From assembly GCA_043826355.1 (NCBI GenBank), contig JBDRQI010000036.1, positions 54,643-118,642 of the forward strand: 64,000 nt of DNA, written 5' to 3'. Origin of the DNA: Candidatus Omnitrophota bacterium (GTDB taxonomy: Bacteria > Ratteibacteria > UBA8468 > MWAK01). Below, in pieces: positions 27,316-37,802 of this stretch. Both the position numbers and the translations under genes were made by a program. The first letter of the stretch is position 1. Every line of letters begins with the position of its first letter. A model generated the notes under the pieces. That model saw nothing but the letters and a program-made list of their open reading frames with translations, was not told the origin of the DNA and ran no database searches.

Positions 27316-28317
27316 ATGGCGGATACGATAACTCTGGGACACGGAAGCGGCGGTAAGCTCAGCGCCGAATTAATCCGGGAATTTCTCAAACCGCTGGGCA
27401 ACCCGATTCTCAACCGGCTTGAGGACAGCGCCGTCTTTTCGCTCTGCGGAAAGACGGCCTTCACCACCGATTCGTTTGTGGTCCAGCCGCTCTTCTTTCC
27501 CGGAGGCGATATCGGCTCTCTTTCCGTCTCCGGTACCATAAACGACCTGGTCAGCGTCGGCGCTTCACCGCTCTACCTCTCCCTGGCGCTCATCATTGAA
27601 GAAGATTTCAGCCGGACGGACCTGAAGAAAATTATCTATTCCGCAGCCCGGACCGCAGAGCAGGCAGGCGTTAAGATAGTTACCGGCGATACCAAGGTGG
27701 TGGACAGGGGCAAAGCCCACGGACTCTTTATCACCACCAGCGGCTGCGGCCTTATTCCGGATAATGTCGTTCTCGGACGCAGCAAGATAAAGACTGGAGA
27801 CGCGGTGCTGGTCAACGGACCAGTCGGCGACCACGCGGCCGCAGTGATGCTGGCACGAAACGAGTTTTCTTTTTCCGGCAAGATCAAGAGCGATGCGGCG
27901 CCGTTAAACGGCCTGGTCAGCCGTCTCCTCTCCCGGCTTAAGACTACCCGCTTTATCCGGGATATCACCCGGGGCGGCCTGGCCACAATCCTCTCGGAGG
28001 TTTCCGATGAGATGGACTGGGGAATCGAATTAAACGAAATGGAGATACCTTTACGCCGGGAAGTTGTCGGCGTTGCCGAAATACTGGGATTGGACCCGCT
28101 TTACTTCGCCTGCGAAGGAAAAATGGCGTTCTTTGTAGCCGAAGAAGAAGCAAAAGAAGCATTACGTTTACTGCGGAAAGACCCGCTGGGAAAAAGCGCG
28201 GCCATTATCGGAAAGGTTGTGGCGGAACCAGCCGGACGGACTATCCTGCGCACGCGGATTTCCGGAACGCGTCTGCTGGAACCATTTTCCGGCGACCAAT
28301 TACCAAGGATTTGTTGA
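27316..28317 (+). CDS. hypE: Hydrogenase maturation protein HypE
   Basis: HGSGG, TTDSFVVQPLFFPGGDIG, GDTKVV, RDITRGG, C-terminal PRIC. Confidence 0.94.
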   Translation: MADTITLGHGSGGKLSAELIREFLKPLGNPILNRLEDSAVFSLCGKTAFTTDSFVVQPLFFPGGDIGSLSVSGTINDLVSVGASPLYLSLALIIEEDFSRTDLKKIIYSAARTAEQAGVKIVTGDTKVVDRGKAHGLFITTSGCGLIPDNVVLGRSKIKTGDAVLVNGPVGDHAAAVMLARNEFSFSGKIKSDAAPLNGLVSRLLSRLKTTRFIRDITRGGLATILSEVSDEMDWGIELNEMEIPLRREVVGVAEILGLDPLYFACEGKMAFFVAEEEAKEALRLLRKDPLGKSAAIIGKVVAEPAGRTILRTRISGTRLLEPFSGDQLPRIC

Positions 28318-28328
28318 CAAACATTCAT

Positions 28329-28398
28329 CCCCTCCCTTGGCTGAGCGGGCTTTGCCCGCCGAAGCTTTCGCGAAGGCGGGAGGGGTAAGGGAAGGGTG
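28329..28398. repeat. CCCCTCCC..GGGAGGGG hairpin split by a 31-nt insert
   Basis: Insert CTTTGCCCGCCGAAGCTTTCGCGAAGGCGGG (28350-28380) differs by 1 nt from 55905-55935. Confidence 0.75.
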
Positions 28399-28400
28399 TA

Positions 28401-30683
<2,283 letters not shown>

Positions 30684-30777
30684 ATAAAAATCCACTTTCG
30701 CGCATTACGGATGCCTCGTAAATGGGCGGCTTATCCGCCGCTCGGCATCCGGGCTATGGCGGGCATAAGGAGGTTTT

Positions 30778-30867
30778 ATGAAAAAGAATCTTTTCTGGGT
30801 TGCGGTTGTGCTGCTTTACGCCGTTATCCTTGCCGGCTGTTCCGTCGGCTGGTCAATCGGCAAGTAA
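30778..30867 (+). CDS. 29-aa micro-lipoprotein MKKNLFWVAVVLLYAVILAGCSVGWSIGK (below the ORF-track cutoff)
   Basis: AAGGAGG RBS with 4-nt spacer, MKK n-region, hydrophobic h-region, consensus LAGC lipobox, TAA stop. Confidence 0.65.
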   Translation: MKKNLFWVAVVLLYAVILAGCSVGWSIGK

Positions 30868-30907
30868 TTTTATCATCACGCAAAAAATAGTCCGGAGTGA
30901 TGACGCT

Positions 30908-31873
30908 ATGGAGCAAAAAGAGATTAAGAGCGAAGAATTGGATACGGATAAATTTATTGCGGAAAAGGTTGAGGAAATCTCCGGAACGGTTGGAGACGGA
31001 ATTGCCATTACCGCCCTTTCCGGCGGAGTTGATTCGGCGGTGGTCACTGTTCTGGGACATAAAGCCCTGGACGTCAAACTCAAAACCTATTTTGTGGAAA
31101 ATGGTTTAATGCGGCAGGATGAAGCCCGGAGGATCACTGAACTTTTTAAAGAATTTGGAATTCCCGTTGAGACAGTCGATGCGAAAAAAGAATTTTTTGA
31201 CGCCCTGAAAGGTAACGTTGACCCGGAAGAAAAGAGAGAAGCGATTACCCAGACTTTCTACAAAAAGGTCTTTGGACGGCTGGTCGCGGAAAGCGGAGCA
31301 AAACATCTCTTACAGGGAACCATCTTGACCGACATAGACGAAACAGTAGCCGGAGTTAAACGACAGCATAATGTCTTTGAGCAGTTGGGCATAGACCCCC
31401 GGAAAGCATTCGGTTACCAGATTCTGGAACCCCTGCGGCAAATCCGTAAAGACGGGGTAAGAAAGGTTGCCCGGGCGCTTAGCCTGCCGGAATCAATTTA
31501 TAACCGGATGCCCTTCCCCGGTCCGGCTCTGGCGGCGCGGGTAATTGGAGAAGTTACACTGGAAAAGGTAGAACTGGTCAGAAAAGCGACCGTTGTCGTT
31601 GAAGAAGAACTGGCCGGCACGGAAGCGTTCCAGTATCTGGCGATTTTACACCAGGACAAAGTTACCGGAATGCGTAATGGAAAAAGAGATTTCGGCCTGC
31701 AGATTGAAATCAGGTGCTGGAGCAGCCTTGACGCAAGAACAGCGGCGCCAACCAGATTGGCCTGGGAGAAACTGGAGAAGCTTGGAAGCAGAATGACGAC
31801 CGAGGTACCCGGTGTGGTTAGTGTGACATATAATATAGCGGCAAAACCGCCGTCAACGATGGAAGCAATTTAA
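30908..31873 (+). CDS. Stand-alone GMP synthase ATP-pyrophosphatase subunit-like protein (GuaAB-type, PP-loop)
   Basis: ALSGGVDS, DPEEKR, LLQGTI, QHNV, ILEPL, PFPGPALAAR, KPPSTMEAI; no glutaminase domain; start placed at ATG 30908. Confidence 0.8.
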   Translation: MEQKEIKSEELDTDKFIAEKVEEISGTVGDGIAITALSGGVDSAVVTVLGHKALDVKLKTYFVENGLMRQDEARRITELFKEFGIPVETVDAKKEFFDALKGNVDPEEKREAITQTFYKKVFGRLVAESGAKHLLQGTILTDIDETVAGVKRQHNVFEQLGIDPRKAFGYQILEPLRQIRKDGVRKVARALSLPESIYNRMPFPGPALAARVIGEVTLEKVELVRKATVVVEEELAGTEAFQYLAILHQDKVTGMRNGKRDFGLQIEIRCWSSLDARTAAPTRLAWEKLEKLGSRMTTEVPGVVSVTYNIAAKPPSTMEAI

Positions 31874-31884
31874 AGCAGGAAAAA

Positions 31885-32181
31885 TTAGATTATGTGAGAG
31901 GGAAGGTTGTAACCGGGCTTGAAGAACTCCTTGATTGAAAACTGGCCGTGTTTGACCGAGGAAAAGACAAGGAGGGCAAGCAGGATTGCGGTCAAGGCAA
32001 AAAAGATTGATTTCACGTCCGGCCGGATATTCAACGCCGCGATTCCCAGGAGAATGAGCAGGAGCGGCCAGAGCCGTGAAATTATATCCCAGTTAAAGTT
32101 CAGAGACCGGAGGTTGTCCAGAAAAAAAAGGCTCCCGAGAAAAAGAAGGAAAAGACCGAGAATAAGATGTTTGGGTTTCAT
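31885..32181 (-). CDS. LiaI/LiaF-like (DUF5668-type) membrane protein
   Basis: GLFLLFLGSLFFLDN..RLWPLLLILLG. Confidence 0.65.
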   Translation of the reverse strand: MKPKHLILGLFLLFLGSLFFLDNLRSLNFNWDIISRLWPLLLILLGIAALNIRPDVKSIFFALTAILLALLVFSSVKHGQFSIKEFFKPGYNLPSHII

Positions 32182-32609
32182 TTTTTGCCGGATTTCCAGA
32201 GAATGGCGAGGCCGACAATAATCAAGAGCAGGGGCCAGAATCTATTGAGCCGGCAAACCGGCAGAAAGTTCTCCGCCAGAAAAATAACGCCCAGGCCGAG
32301 CAGGATAATCCCGCCAAAGAGGTTGTGTTTCTTCATTACTCTGACTGATTCCTCTGTTTTTGACGGTTCGCTCACTACCTCTTCCCGGCCACCCGGAGTA
32401 ATAACCTCAACAGTACCCTCCTCTTTTTTCCTTACCGGCAGTACCAGCCAGAGGATAATGTAGGCCAGCAACCCGATACCGCTCAAGAGGAAGAGGACGA
32501 CGAAGATGACCCGCACCAGAACCGGGTCAACGTTGAAATATTCGGCCAGACCGCCGCAAATTCCGGCGATGCGGCGTTCCGTGGGAGAACGGTAAAGACG
32601 TTTTTCCAT
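32178..32609 (-). CDS. PspC-domain membrane protein with C-terminal LiaF-like TM region
   Basis: KRLYRS..RRIAGICGGLAEYFNVDPVLVR, AYIILWLVLP, RFWPLLLIIVG. Confidence 0.85.
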   Translation of the reverse strand: MEKRLYRSPTERRIAGICGGLAEYFNVDPVLVRVIFVVLFLLSGIGLLAYIILWLVLPVRKKEEGTVEVITPGGREEVVSEPSKTEESVRVMKKHNLFGGIILLGLGVIFLAENFLPVCRLNRFWPLLLIIVGLAILWKSGKK

Positions 32610-32652
32610 AAGAATCTGGATTCCCACTTAATACATGCGGGAATGACAACCT

Positions 32653-33228
32653 TTAGAAGTTTTCGGCGAGGAGCTCGTAGTACGCCTGCGGGTGTTTGCA
32701 GGCCGGGCATTCTTTCGGCGCTTGGGCGCCCTCAAAAACATAACCGCAGTTGGCACAGTGCCATTTTACCGGAGCCGGTTTCCGGAAAACCTCGCCTTTC
32801 TCTATATTCTCAATTAGTTTCCGGTACCGTGCTTCGTGAAACCTTTCCACTTTGGCAATCTCGGCAAAAGAACGTGCGACCTCCGGAAATCCCTCGTCCC
32901 CGGCAATCTTGCCAAAATCTGCGTAGAGGGTGGTCCATTCCAGTCTTTCGCCGGACGCAGCCGCTTCCAGATTTGTTTTGGTATCCTTAATCATTCCGGC
33001 CGGATAGGCCGCGGTGATTTCGACATCGCCGCCTTCCAGGTGCTTGAAGAATACCTTGGCGTGTTCTTTCTCGTTGTTGGCTGTTTCGATAAATATGTTG
33101 GCTATCTGTTCATAACCTTCCTTGCGGGCGACACCGGCGAAATAGGTATACCGGTTGCGCGCCTGGGATTCACCGGCAAACGCCTTAAGCAAGTTCTTCT
33201 CCGTCTGTGTTCCTTTAAGTAATGCCAT
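32653..33228 (-). CDS. rbr: Rubrerythrin
   Basis: TEKNLLKAFAGESQARNRY, EKEHA, VERFHE, WHCANCGY..CPACKHP; GGAGG RBS before ATG 33228. Confidence 0.93.
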   Translation of the reverse strand: MALLKGTQTEKNLLKAFAGESQARNRYTYFAGVARKEGYEQIANIFIETANNEKEHAKVFFKHLEGGDVEITAAYPAGMIKDTKTNLEAAASGERLEWTTLYADFGKIAGDEGFPEVARSFAEIAKVERFHEARYRKLIENIEKGEVFRKPAPVKWHCANCGYVFEGAQAPKECPACKHPQAYYELLAENF

Positions 33229-33285
33229 AGGGCCTCCATTAATCTTTCGGGTCGGATAAATCCGACCCCACATTTCAGGATAAGT

Positions 33286-33338
33286 ATTTTACCATTATTC
33301 CGGCTAAATTGCAAGTATATTTGGCGATAAGGTATAAT
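33286..33338. promoter_or_regulatory. Divergent promoters (rbr / trpS) sharing one palindromic -35
   Basis: TTGCAA at 33309-33314; + strand 18 nt to TATAAT; - strand 17 nt to TAAAAT with TG extended -10. Confidence 0.5.
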
Positions 33339-33348
33339 ATAAAACTAA

Positions 33349-34350
33349 ATGGAAGAAAAAATGAAACGGGTTTTCAGCGGCATGCGGCCGACCGGAAAAT
33401 TACACCTGGGGCACCTGGCCGGCGCACTTACCAATTGGATAAATCTTCAGGACAGGTACGAGTGTTTTTACGAAATGGCGGACCTGCACGCCCTGACAAC
33501 CGACTATCAGAATCCGTTCGGCATCCGGGAAAACATGACCGAAATGCTCCTGGACTTCTTCGCCTTCGGCCTGAATCCGAAAAAGGCAACCGTCTTTGTC
33601 CAATCAAAGATACCGGAGATTTCAGAACTGCATCTTTTGCTGTCGATGTTTACACCGCTGGGCTGGCTGGAGCGCTGTCCGACTTATAAAGAACAGGTGA
33701 CCCAGTTAAAGGACAAAGAAATAACCAATTACGGTTTTCTGGGTTATCCGGTTCTGCAGACCGCCGACATCATCTCGGTAAAGGCGGAAAAGGTACCGGT
33801 GGGCGAAGACCAGATACCGCACCTGGAACTGGCGCGGGAGATTGTCCGCCGTTTTAATCATCTTTACGGAGAGCTCTTCCCGGAACCGGAAGCGATCCTG
33901 ACCGCCACTCCGAAACTGCTGGGAACCGACGGCCGAAAGATGAGCAAGTCATACGAAAACGCAATCTTTCTTTCCGATGCGCCGGAGGATATCAGGAAGA
34001 AATTAGCGACGATGTTTACCGACCCGTTACGGCCATACCGCAAGGACCCGGGCCATCCGGACGCCTGCCCGGTCTTCGGTATCCATCTTTTATATAATCA
34101 GGCAAACAGCCTGAGTATCAAAAACGACTGTGTATCTGCAAAATTAGGCTGCACCGAATGCAAAAAAAACCTGACTGAGGTCCTGATTCAATATCTGGCC
34201 CCCTATCAGAAGGAGCGTGAGAAGTTAATAAAAGATACGGCGGGATTTAGCAGAATTATTGAACGGGGCAACGAAAAAACCCGGCAGATAGTTTCGGAAG
34301 TCCTGGCGGAAGCAAAAAGAAAGATGGGTCTTTATGGATTTGTCTCGTGA
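33349..34350 (+). CDS. trpS: Tryptophanyl-tRNA synthetase
   Basis: SGMRPTGKLHLGH, ADLHALT, YPVLQTADI, VPVGEDQ, KMSKS. Confidence 0.95.
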   Translation: MEEKMKRVFSGMRPTGKLHLGHLAGALTNWINLQDRYECFYEMADLHALTTDYQNPFGIRENMTEMLLDFFAFGLNPKKATVFVQSKIPEISELHLLLSMFTPLGWLERCPTYKEQVTQLKDKEITNYGFLGYPVLQTADIISVKAEKVPVGEDQIPHLELAREIVRRFNHLYGELFPEPEAILTATPKLLGTDGRKMSKSYENAIFLSDAPEDIRKKLATMFTDPLRPYRKDPGHPDACPVFGIHLLYNQANSLSIKNDCVSAKLGCTECKKNLTEVLIQYLAPYQKEREKLIKDTAGFSRIIERGNEKTRQIVSEVLAEAKRKMGLYGFVS

Positions 34351-35459
34351 CAAACCCCATGGATACTAAAAACCTTGTCAAGCAGCAGGTAAGGGGAATC
34401 TGTCCTTACCGCCCCGGAAAACCGATTGCGGTTCTCCTGAAGGAGAAGGGACTGGAGCGGGCGTTCAAACTTGCCTCAAATGAAAATCCGCTGGGGTCTT
34501 CCCCGCTTGCGCTGAAAGCGGTCAGGGAGGGTCTTTCCCAACTTAACCGTTACCCGGAAGGCAGCGGGCCGGCTTTACGCGGAAAACTGGCGCAGATTCA
34601 CGGCGTCAGGCCCGAAGAGACCATCCTGGGCAACGGCAGCAGCGAGGTTTTATCCCTGGCGCTCTTGACCTTCCTGAACCCGGGTGAAGAAGTAATCCTG
34701 CCGGAACCGACCTTTACCATTTATGAAATTTTAGTCCTGATGTGCTGCGGTGTACCGATAAAGGTACCGCTTAACTCTGATTTCAGTTACAACCCGGACC
34801 GGATGGCGAAAGCGGTTACCGGAAAGACCAAGTTCCTCTTCCTGACCAGTCCCAATAACCCGACCGGCACCATTATCAAAAAGAATGAGTTGACCGGACT
34901 TTTGAATGAACTGCCGAAAGAGGTAATCGTCGTCCTTGATGAAGCATACGCCGAATACGTTGAGAGCCTGGATTTTACAAGCGGAATCTCGCTCTTTTCC
35001 GGAAGACACCTGATTGTAGCCCGAACTTTCTCCAAATTGTACGGCCTGGCCGGCCTGCGCATCGGATACGGTATCGCTGCCGCCGCCATCATTGAAGAAA
35101 TGAATAAAATTCGGCCGCCGTTCAATACTACTATCCCCGGCCAGCTGGCCGCAGCCGCAGCCCTGGAGGATAAAGAATTTGTAGCCAGAAGCCTGGAGAA
35201 CAACCGGACGGGCAAGAAATACCTGTACCAGAGCCTTTCCAAACTAAAAGTGGCTTACGTTCCGACTGAAGCAAATTTCATCCTGATTGACCTGGCAAAG
35301 GATGCGCCGAAGATCTGCAGCCAGCTTGAAGACAAGGGAGTTATCGTCCGGCCGGTTGATAACCCGGCAATGAAAGAACGATATGTCCGGCTCACCATTG
35401 GTACGCCGGAAGAGAACACGCTGTTTTTGAAATCGCTGACGGAAATATTAAACGGGTAA
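34347..35459 (+). CDS. hisC: Histidinol-phosphate aminotransferase
   Basis: KLASNENPLG, NRYP, GNGS, PNNPTG, DEAYAEY, RTFSKLYGLAGLRIGY. Confidence 0.9.
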   Translation: MTNPMDTKNLVKQQVRGICPYRPGKPIAVLLKEKGLERAFKLASNENPLGSSPLALKAVREGLSQLNRYPEGSGPALRGKLAQIHGVRPEETILGNGSSEVLSLALLTFLNPGEEVILPEPTFTIYEILVLMCCGVPIKVPLNSDFSYNPDRMAKAVTGKTKFLFLTSPNNPTGTIIKKNELTGLLNELPKEVIVVLDEAYAEYVESLDFTSGISLFSGRHLIVARTFSKLYGLAGLRIGYGIAAAAIIEEMNKIRPPFNTTIPGQLAAAAALEDKEFVARSLENNRTGKKYLYQSLSKLKVAYVPTEANFILIDLAKDAPKICSQLEDKGVIVRPVDNPAMKERYVRLTIGTPEENTLFLKSLTEILNG

Positions 35460-35464
35460 GCAAT

Positions 35465-36241
35465 ATGGGTAATACCGGACTTGGTTTCGATTTTCACTGG
35501 CTTGACCTCTTGGACATTGCGCTCCTTTCCGTCCTGTTTTACTATCTCTTCCTGATTATTCGGGGCACCAAAAGCGTCCAATTGCTGAAAGGCCTGATTC
35601 TCCTTTTTCTGGCAACCTTTCTCTCGCGGATGCTGGACCTGCGCACCTTAAACTGGATTCTGGAAAAAGTCCTGGCATTCGGCGCCCTGGCTCTTCTAAT
35701 TATCTTCCACCCGGAACTCCGAAATGCCCTGGTCAAGATCGGTGAAAGCAGCTCATTCGAAAAAACCGCCGGATTAAGCAAGGAAAAGGTGGATGAAATT
35801 GTCCGGGCAATCTTTAAGTTGGCCAAGGAACGCCACGGAGCACTGATTGCCCTGGAAGGAAAAGTGGGACTGGCTGACTATGTTCCGTCCGGAAAGACGA
35901 TTAACGGAGAGATCAGCAAAGAATTACTGCTCTCCATTTTTCACCCGACCAGTCCGCTGCATGACGGCGCAGTTATTATTGCGCAAAATAAGATTCTGGC
36001 GGCCGGATGTATTCTGCCCCTCTCGGAAAAGATGACTTTCAACCCCCTGGTAGGCACCAGGCACCGGGCCGGCCTGGGTCTTTCCGAACAGACCGACAGC
36101 TTAGTCTTAATCGTCTCCGAAGAAAAGGGCTTTGTTTCTGCGGCCCAAAACGGGAATATCTCCTACAACATTTCCGCGGAGGAGACAACCGGCATGTTAA
36201 ACGAAGCGTTGGGAACGGCCGCGAAAGAATTAAAAGGATGA
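35465..36241 (+). CDS. cdaA: Diadenylate cyclase CdaA
   Basis: Three N-terminal TMs, IIFHPELR, PLHDGA, GTRHRAG, VSEE. Confidence 0.92.
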   Translation: MGNTGLGFDFHWLDLLDIALLSVLFYYLFLIIRGTKSVQLLKGLILLFLATFLSRMLDLRTLNWILEKVLAFGALALLIIFHPELRNALVKIGESSSFEKTAGLSKEKVDEIVRAIFKLAKERHGALIALEGKVGLADYVPSGKTINGEISKELLLSIFHPTSPLHDGAVIIAQNKILAAGCILPLSEKMTFNPLVGTRHRAGLGLSEQTDSLVLIVSEEKGFVSAAQNGNISYNISAEETTGMLNEALGTAAKELKG

Positions 36242-36399
36242 AAATAAACAGAGAGCATCTTAACAATTTAGTTAAAAATAACCTGGAATTGAAAATTCTG
36301 GCTTTGGTGGTCGCCATATTGGTCTGGCTTTACGTCTATCATGTGGAAATATATCTACCGCAAATGAGAGACAAGCCGACCCATGAATCGAGAAGATAA
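36238..36399 (+). CDS. 53-aa CdaR/YbbR-like membrane anchor only (no YbbR domains)
   Basis: ATGA overlap with the cdaA stop; [20 protein letters not shown] matches the typical CdaR N-terminal TM; overlaps the pdxJ start. Confidence 0.6.
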   Translation: MKINREHLNNLVKNNLELKILALVVAILVWLYVYHVEIYLPQMRDKPTHESRR

Positions 36400-37147
36400 A
36401 ATGAAATTGGGGATTAATATTGACCACGTCGCCACTTTAAGACAACAGCGCCGCGGCAAAGAACCTGACCCGGTTTCAGCCGCATTACTGGCCGAAACAG
36501 CCGGCGCCGACAGCATCGTCTGCCACCTGCGGGAAGACCGGCGCCATATCCAGGAACAGGATCTCTCCCGCTTGCGCCGCACCATTAAAACGAAACTCAA
36601 CCTGGAGATGGCGGCCAGCCCGGAAATTATCAAGATCGCCTGCCGGGAAAAACCGGACTGGGTAACCCTGGTGCCGGAAAAAAGGGCTGAACTGACAACC
36701 GAGGGCGGACTGGACGTTGAAAAACAGGCAGGTTACCTGAAGGACGTGGTCTCGGAATTCAGAAAGTCCGGCATCCCGGTGAGTCTTTTCATTGATGCGG
36801 ATGCAAACCGGATTGAAGCCGCTGTCAAAACCGGTGCGCAAATCGTGGAACTTCATACCGGAAGATATGCGGACGCCGTACCCCAAAAAGAAAGAGACTC
36901 GGAATTGAAAAAGATTGTCGCCGCTTCCAATATGGCAAAAAGTTTAGGGTTGAAGGTCGCGGCCGGCCACGGCCTGGATTACCATAACGTTCTGTCGATA
37001 ATCCGGATACCGGAAATTGAAGAGTTGAACATCGGATACTCCATCATTGGCCGCGCCGTCTTTGTCGGCCTGGAAGAAGCGGTCCGGGAAATGATAAGAT
37101 TATTAAAGGGTTGCTCAACAATTAAATTGACTATTTGCCAGAAATGA
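36383..37147 (+). CDS. pdxJ: Pyridoxine 5'-phosphate synthase
   Basis: [48 protein letters not shown]; last 12 aa encoded by the MITE end. Confidence 0.95.
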   Translation: MNREDKMKLGINIDHVATLRQQRRGKEPDPVSAALLAETAGADSIVCHLREDRRHIQEQDLSRLRRTIKTKLNLEMAASPEIIKIACREKPDWVTLVPEKRAELTTEGGLDVEKQAGYLKDVVSEFRKSGIPVSLFIDADANRIEAAVKTGAQIVELHTGRYADAVPQKERDSELKKIVAASNMAKSLGLKVAAGHGLDYHNVLSIIRIPEIEELNIGYSIIGRAVFVGLEEAVREMIRLLKGCSTIKLTICQK

Positions 37148-37378
37148 TTTTGGAGCGAGACAAGGAGCGAAGAAGATTGCATAGTCACTGTACTATGCAA
37201 TCAATGAGCGACGCAAGTCGCAGCCCAAAAGCACCTGGCCTTTCGGGGAGTCCCGTATTTGAGGTCATTGCGGCGTTGCTCCTCCTCTCCATACCACGGA
37301 GGGTATGTTTCGTCGTCGCGCCTTGCACTGACCTCAAATACGGGACTCCAAATAGTCAATTTAATTGTTGAGCAACCC
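37108..37378. mobile_element. 271-bp MITE with perfect 30-bp terminal inverted repeats
   Basis: GGGTTGCTCAACAATTAAATTGACTATTTG (37108-37137) and its exact reverse complement (37349-37378); internal long hairpins; second copy at 63795. Confidence 0.8.
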
Positions 37379-37392
37379 CCAGGGAGGAAGAA

Positions 37393-37725
37393 ATGTTAAC
37401 TGGACAGAGGGTGCGTTTGGTCTTATGGAGAACCGGCTCCGATGGCGAAGGTGCCGTAATTGTGGTCCGGGGAATGGTAACCTCTGAGAGCGAAGCGATT
37501 CTAAAAGTTGAGGGGAGGCTCTACCAGCAGGTTTTCGACGAATCCGGCGAAACGATTGAACGGCCCATCGGCATTGAAAATAAGCCGCTCATAATTCCGC
37601 TGAGTACGGTGCGCTACGGCGAGGTGATTGAATCGGGTAGCCCGGCCGAGGAGTTGGACCGGAAGGTTCGTCTTCTGAAACCGCTAGGCAAAGGTGAGAT
37701 ACGGAAGATAGGGGGCCTGACATAG
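37393..37725 (+). CDS. Hypothetical protein (beta-rich)
   Basis: 110-aa ORF with GGAGG RBS, co-directional with its neighbours. Confidence 0.65.
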   Translation: MLTGQRVRLVLWRTGSDGEGAVIVVRGMVTSESEAILKVEGRLYQQVFDESGETIERPIGIENKPLIIPLSTVRYGEVIESGSPAEELDRKVRLLKPLGKGEIRKIGGLT

Positions 37726-37794
37726 TGTCACCCTGAACAAAGTGAAGGGTCTGGTTTTTTAATGCGAGATTCTTCGCTTGCGCTCAGAATGACA
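37726..37794. repeat. TGTCA..CTGAAC..GTGAAG / CTCAGAATGACA family doublet upstream of clpB
   Basis: Terminal TGTCA/TGACA inverted repeat; left half resembles 13554-13581. Confidence 0.65.
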
Positions 37795-37802
37795 AACATT
37801 AT

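Noticed and set aside
30690..30777. Purine or other riboswitch upstream of the GMP-synthase-like gene
   Set aside because: No recognisable aptamer consensus; the hairpins match the dispersed CCGCC..GGC(T/G)A.GGCGGGCA repeat family. An Rfam scan would settle it
37135..37371. 78-aa ORF
   Set aside because: Lies wholly within the MITE, has no recognisable motifs, and I see no sign of it being kept in the second copy
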